Source: Candidatus Bathyarchaeia archaeon (lineage in GTDB: Archaea > Thermoproteota > Bathyarchaeia > Bathyarchaeales > Bathycorpusculaceae). From it: a DNA stretch of 64,000 nt. The position numbers were made by a program, and so were the translations under genes. Under the pieces are notes generated by a model, which was given only the letters and a program-made list of their open reading frames with translations, had not been told where the DNA came from and did not search any database. Positions 60,202 through 64,000 of the stretch are shown here, one piece after another. The stretch spans positions 96,001-160,000 of the forward strand of contig JBEKSS010000001.1 of the NCBI GenBank assembly GCA_049516875.1, written 5' to 3'. Each line of letters starts with the position of its first letter. Position 1 is the first letter of the stretch.

Positions 60202-60266
60202 GGGATGATGTGAGGCGACGGCTGAGAGCCACTGGCAATGAAGGAGCCATTTACGCACACTGACCC
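60202..60266 (+). ncRNA. C/D-box guide sRNA candidate
   Basis: GGG-ATGATGT(C)-GAGGCGACGG-CTGA(D')-spacer-ATGAAGG(C')-AGCCATTTACGCACA-CTGA(D)-CCC; terminal stem; intergenic location. Confidence 0.7.
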
Positions 60267-60331
60267 TGAAACTCAGGGTGGACTATCCTGTCTCTTGGAA
60301 GCGTTAAATCACTACAGGAACGATACTGAGG

Positions 60332-60868
60332 ATGGTACAGCTTATGCGTAGAGAATTCAATCTTCTGGCTACCACTTCCCGTGGATACGAAACGTACGCC
60401 CGTTCCGAACTGCGTTTTCTCTTTGAAAAGGTAGGGGATACTGCACCTGCTATTGAAAAAACAGGAATTTCTGGTCTGATTGCGGTAAAGACAAACATGG
60501 ACTCTATCGAGGTCATCAGGCAGCTTCGGGCTATTTTGCGTCAGCGTCCCTACGAATTTCGCTTTGTACTGAGGTTAGTTCCCGTCGAGAAAGTCGTCTG
60601 CACAGACTTGGACCAAATCCAACAAGCGGTTGTAGAACTCAGTTCGAAAATCGGCGAGAACGAAACTTTCCGCGTGACTGTCGAGAAACGCTTCACTACA
60701 ACGCACACGAAGGACATAGTTGAAAAGGTCGCGGGGAACATTAAAAGAAAGGTAAACTTGACCGCACCGGACAAGGTCGTCCTAATTGAGGTTATTGGCG
60801 GATTGACCGGTGTGTCAGTGATAAAACCGGAGGATATCTTGTCAGTTCTGAAGGAGAAGCTTCTTTAG
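60332..60868 (+). CDS. THUMP domain RNA-binding protein
   Basis: TFRVTVEKR, KVNLTAPDKVVLIEVIG. Confidence 0.9.
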   Translation: MVQLMRREFNLLATTSRGYETYARSELRFLFEKVGDTAPAIEKTGISGLIAVKTNMDSIEVIRQLRAILRQRPYEFRFVLRLVPVEKVVCTDLDQIQQAVVELSSKIGENETFRVTVEKRFTTTHTKDIVEKVAGNIKRKVNLTAPDKVVLIEVIGGLTGVSVIKPEDILSVLKEKLL

Positions 60869-60870
60869 GG

Positions 60871-61437
60871 TTAGCGCAGAGTCGCCAACAGCGCTACCTG
60901 TTCTATCACAAGGTCAATGATGGCCTTTTCCACGCCGTCTTTGTCCATTACAGTTTCAAGTTGCGCCTCCGATATCGTGAAGGCTCTCTTAATTCTCTCT
61001 ATCTTCTCTGCTGAAAGCCCGAGAACTGAGTCGTCAGGCTGCCCGTCAATGCACGTCGAAATCTTCGATAGGGCCGATTTCACAGCGTCGGGTTTTCCTT
61101 CAACTATTAGAAGTGCTATGTTCGGCGATGTGGGTTTGATTCCGACAAGTTGCATGGCCTTTCGAATTTGCCTTCGTGCAGAGGTATAGAGCAGGGTCTC
61201 TATCGAGAGACTCTTGGAAATGTTTTCCCGGTTCCTGAAAGCCGTCATCGCGTTCAAGACAGCAAAGTAGAGATGTTGCCATGTGGCGACAATATCCGCG
61301 TCGAAAAATTGGACTTCCACATCTACTGGCTTTTTCCTATTGATTTCCTCCAGAAACCCCTCAGTGTTGTCGATTTCCAAGTTCTTGAAGCCCGCTATTT
61401 CGCAGTACTTTCTAAATTCTTGAATGTATGTCAGCAC
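60871..61437 (-). CDS. cgi121: KEOPS complex subunit Cgi121
   Basis: QFFDA, HLYFA, SLSIETLLY.SARRQI.KA...G. Confidence 0.88.
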   Translation of the reverse strand: MLTYIQEFRKYCEIAGFKNLEIDNTEGFLEEINRKKPVDVEVQFFDADIVATWQHLYFAVLNAMTAFRNRENISKSLSIETLLYTSARRQIRKAMQLVGIKPTSPNIALLIVEGKPDAVKSALSKISTCIDGQPDDSVLGLSAEKIERIKRAFTISEAQLETVMDKDGVEKAIIDLVIEQVALLATLR

Positions 61438-61752
61438 ATTTCTTCCCCAATGACTCCATCCACGACTCTCTGACCTGTTCAATCGTATTTGGACTTCGGC
61501 AGCTTTGCATCTTTTTCATCCTCTTCCTCGGATTTCCAAGTTCTAACGCTTCTCAGGACAGTCTATCTCCCATGGGAAAATCGAGATACATAAGTCTTGT
61601 TGATTATCGAGTCCCAAGCAAACATGGAGAACACTCTTAAGATGCTAAGACGTGATCTGACGATTTACTTAATTTTCCTAGTTGCATGTTTTTTCTATTC
61701 CCGAAACACACTTATTTGTTTATATCGCTCATAGAAGCAGAGTGAACGCAAC

Positions 61753-61863
61753 ATGGCGGAGATAGTAGAGTGCGTAAATGTTAAGGTTGACAATCTAGCT
61801 GAAGAGCGTATCCTGGAAATAGCCATAGACAATGCTATCGAAAAAGGCGGTGCGTTTGAGTAA
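61753..61863 (+). pseudogene. Internally deleted glutamate formiminotransferase remnant, 36 codons
   Basis: MAEIVECV (family N-terminus, normally followed by PNFSEGR) joined to NVKVDNLAEERILEIAID..., directly upstream of hutI. Confidence 0.6.
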
Positions 61864-63181
61864 GGCTGTCAAAGCAAGAGCACGAGAGAAACTAGACTTG
61901 CTCATTGTAAATGCTAATGAGCTTGTTACGCTTTCGGGTGAGAATCAGAAACCGCGCACAGGAAGGCAGATGCGGGAGATTGGAATAATACGCGATGGCG
62001 GCCTAGCAATCAAGGATGGGAGAATCGTTGCCATCGGAAAAACCACAGACGTTACGAAGGCTTTCAAAGCTGAAAACGTGATAAGCGCAAATGGGAAAAT
62101 TGTTCTCCCGGGCTTTGTTGACCCTCACACGCACCTTGTTTTTGCCGGCTCACGAGAAGATGAGTTTCAGATGCGCATCGAAGGTGCTTCCTACATGGAG
62201 ATCCTCAAGGCTGGAGGAGGCATTTTGAGGACGGTTAGGGAAACGAGAAAGGCGAGCTTTGAGAAACTCGTCGATTACGGCACTGAAACCTTGGATGCAA
62301 TGTTAGAGCACGGAACTACGACTATTGAAGCCAAGAGCGGCTATGGGTTGACGACAAAAGACGAGCTGAAGATGTTAGACGTTATTCAACGTCTGAATCA
62401 ACTACACAGCGTGGACGTCGTACCAACTTTTCTCGGGGCTCACGCCGTTCCGCCTGAATTCTTCAACAACCCGCAAGCTTATGTTAACTTGGTCACCGAG
62501 GAGATGATCCCCAAAGTGAGCGAGAAAGGACTCGCGGAGTTCTGTGATGTCTCTTGTGAGAAAGGTGTGTTCAGTCTAGAACAGGCTAGCCGCATCTTGA
62601 CTGCCGGCAAGAACTCAAGTCTAAAACCCAAGGTTCATGCAGACGAGACGAGCCTGCTGGGCGGAGCAGAGCTTGCAGCAGGTATTGGTGCGGTTTCTGC
62701 AGATAACATGCTTTTCTCCTCTGACGAAGGCATCAAGGCCATGGCTGACAAGGGTGTTGTAGCCGTTCTGCTGCCAGCGACTGCTTTCAGTCTAATGAGC
62801 AACCGATACGTAGATGCTCGCGTAATGATTAACTTCGGAGTCCCGATAGCCTTGGGCACCGACTTCAACCCAAGCTGTTGGGTTGAAAATCAACAGTTGG
62901 TCATAGCGCTCGCTTGTCACTTCATGAAGCTGACACCTGCTGAAGCAATAACGGCGGCCACGATTAACGCTGCGCACGCCATAAACCGAGCAAATGAGGT
63001 TGGCAGTTTGGAAGTGGGAAAGAAGGCTGATGTCACCGTCTTAGATGTGCCGAACCACAAGTTTCTCGGCTATAGGTTTGGCGTGAACCTGGTTGACAAG
63101 GTAATTAAGAACGGAAGGATTGTTGTTGACAAAGAAGCAAGTCGCAGCGATTTTCGACTTTTGGAAGAACAGAAAGTGTGA
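61856..63181 (+). CDS. hutI: Imidazolonepropionase
   Basis: [40 protein letters not shown]; TTG 61856 is the likely start. Confidence 0.93.
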   Translation: MSKAVKARAREKLDLLIVNANELVTLSGENQKPRTGRQMREIGIIRDGGLAIKDGRIVAIGKTTDVTKAFKAENVISANGKIVLPGFVDPHTHLVFAGSREDEFQMRIEGASYMEILKAGGGILRTVRETRKASFEKLVDYGTETLDAMLEHGTTTIEAKSGYGLTTKDELKMLDVIQRLNQLHSVDVVPTFLGAHAVPPEFFNNPQAYVNLVTEEMIPKVSEKGLAEFCDVSCEKGVFSLEQASRILTAGKNSSLKPKVHADETSLLGGAELAAGIGAVSADNMLFSSDEGIKAMADKGVVAVLLPATAFSLMSNRYVDARVMINFGVPIALGTDFNPSCWVENQQLVIALACHFMKLTPAEAITAATINAAHAINRANEVGSLEVGKKADVTVLDVPNHKFLGYRFGVNLVDKVIKNGRIVVDKEASRSDFRLLEEQKV

Positions 63182-63261
63182 ATGGGCTTCCATACACTGT
63201 CTGCAGGTCTGGGCAAAGAATTAAAGTGTGGCCTCGCATTCTTGGTTCATGGCGAACTGTG

Positions 63262-64000
63262 TTGGTCAAGCTTGAGAGGCCTGTTCATTGTCTGACCGGG
63301 CAGGAGCTGCGTTGCAAGAATTGGCAGATTGAAGGAATTTTGCGTATGCTCTGTAACGTTGTTGACCCAGAAGTGGCCAAGGATCCTGAAAGACTTATTG
63401 TTTATGGGGGAACTGGCCGAGCTTGTCGGAATTGGGAGTGCTTTGACCGTGTTGTTGACACGCTGACAGAACTCGAGGCCGACGAAACCATGCTTGTCCA
63501 AAGCGGAAAGCCTGTTGCCGTTTTTAAGACACACGTGTGGGCCCCCAGAGCCCTGATCGTCAATTCAATGCTCGTGCCAAAATGGGCCACTTGGGATTAC
63601 TTCTACGAGTTGGAGCAGAAAGGATTGATTATGTATGGACAAATGACCGCTGGGTCGTGGGCGTACATCGGCACTCAGGGCATTTTGCAGGGTACCTACG
63701 AAACGTTAGCCGCGGTTGCAAAGGAACATTTTGGCGGAAGCTTACGCGGAAAACTCGTTTTGACCGCAGGCCTAGGCGAAATGGGAGGTGCACAGCCTTT
63801 GGCCGTCACGATGAACGAAGGCGTCGCATTAATTGTAGAGGTTGATAAGCAAGCGATTGATCGTAGGCTTAAGCATAGGTACTTAGAAATGTGGACCGCC
63901 AGCTTGGAAGAAGCTGTTAAGCTAGCTTCAGAGGCAAAGCAGCAACGCATTCCAAGAAGTATCGGTCTGCTTGGAAACGCGGCAGAAATCTATCCTGAAC
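63262..64000 (+). CDS. hutU: Urocanate hydratase (partial, runs off window; not in ORF track)
   Basis: [70 protein letters not shown]. Confidence 0.96.
   Translation, partial: MVKLERPVHCLTGQELRCKNWQIEGILRMLCNVVDPEVAKDPERLIVYGGTGRACRNWECFDRVVDTLTELEADETMLVQSGKPVAVFKTHVWAPRALIVNSMLVPKWATWDYFYELEQKGLIMYGQMTAGSWAYIGTQGILQGTYETLAAVAKEHFGGSLRGKLVLTAGLGEMGGAQPLAVTMNEGVALIVEVDKQAIDRRLKHRYLEMWTASLEEAVKLASEAKQQRIPRSIGLLGNAAEIYPE

Noticed and set aside
61428-61640. Short ORFs upstream of cgi121
   Set aside because: No coherent start, RBS or motif on either strand.
1-64000. CRISPR arrays, IS elements, integrases, inteins, rRNA genes
   Set aside because: None seen by eye; protein lengths are normal for their families and no periodic repeats were found.

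Overview
Archaeal chromosome segment, most consistent with Candidatus Bathyarchaeia (TACK). The basis is a Cren7-like chromatin gene co-occurring with SMC-ScpAB, H4MPT C1 enzymes (Ftr and an NAD(P)-dependent Mtd), a Zn-ribbon-containing aRF1 and frequent TTG/GTG starts; the taxonomy is inferred, not searched. Most of the window is core housekeeping: XPB-Bax1, aRF1, smc-scpA-scpB, the rps13-rps4-rps11-rpoD-rpl18e-rpl13-rps9-rpoN-eno-rps2-MEMO-mvk-ipk-fni-idsA-gltX-srp19 superoperon, thermosome, aIF5B, topo VI, ABCE1, Cgi121 and hutI-hutU. An accessory block (bacterial-type metK, CBS, dPGM-like, rubrerythrin, DsrE, beta-CASP nuclease) ends at a tRNA-Ala(TGC). Features not in the ORF track that I read from the sequence: a Cren7-like gene, a CxxC-x17-CxxC gene, a 24-aa hyper-acidic micropeptide with its own RBS and terminator upstream of ABCE1, a C/D-box sRNA, a 36-codon internally deleted glutamate formiminotransferase remnant, a frameshifted methyltransferase/Mrr pseudogene, a 1-nt frameshift in top6B, and two candidate structured RNAs (one upstream of metK). 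I saw no CRISPR array, transposase or integrase. All product calls are motif-based recognition; no database search was run.
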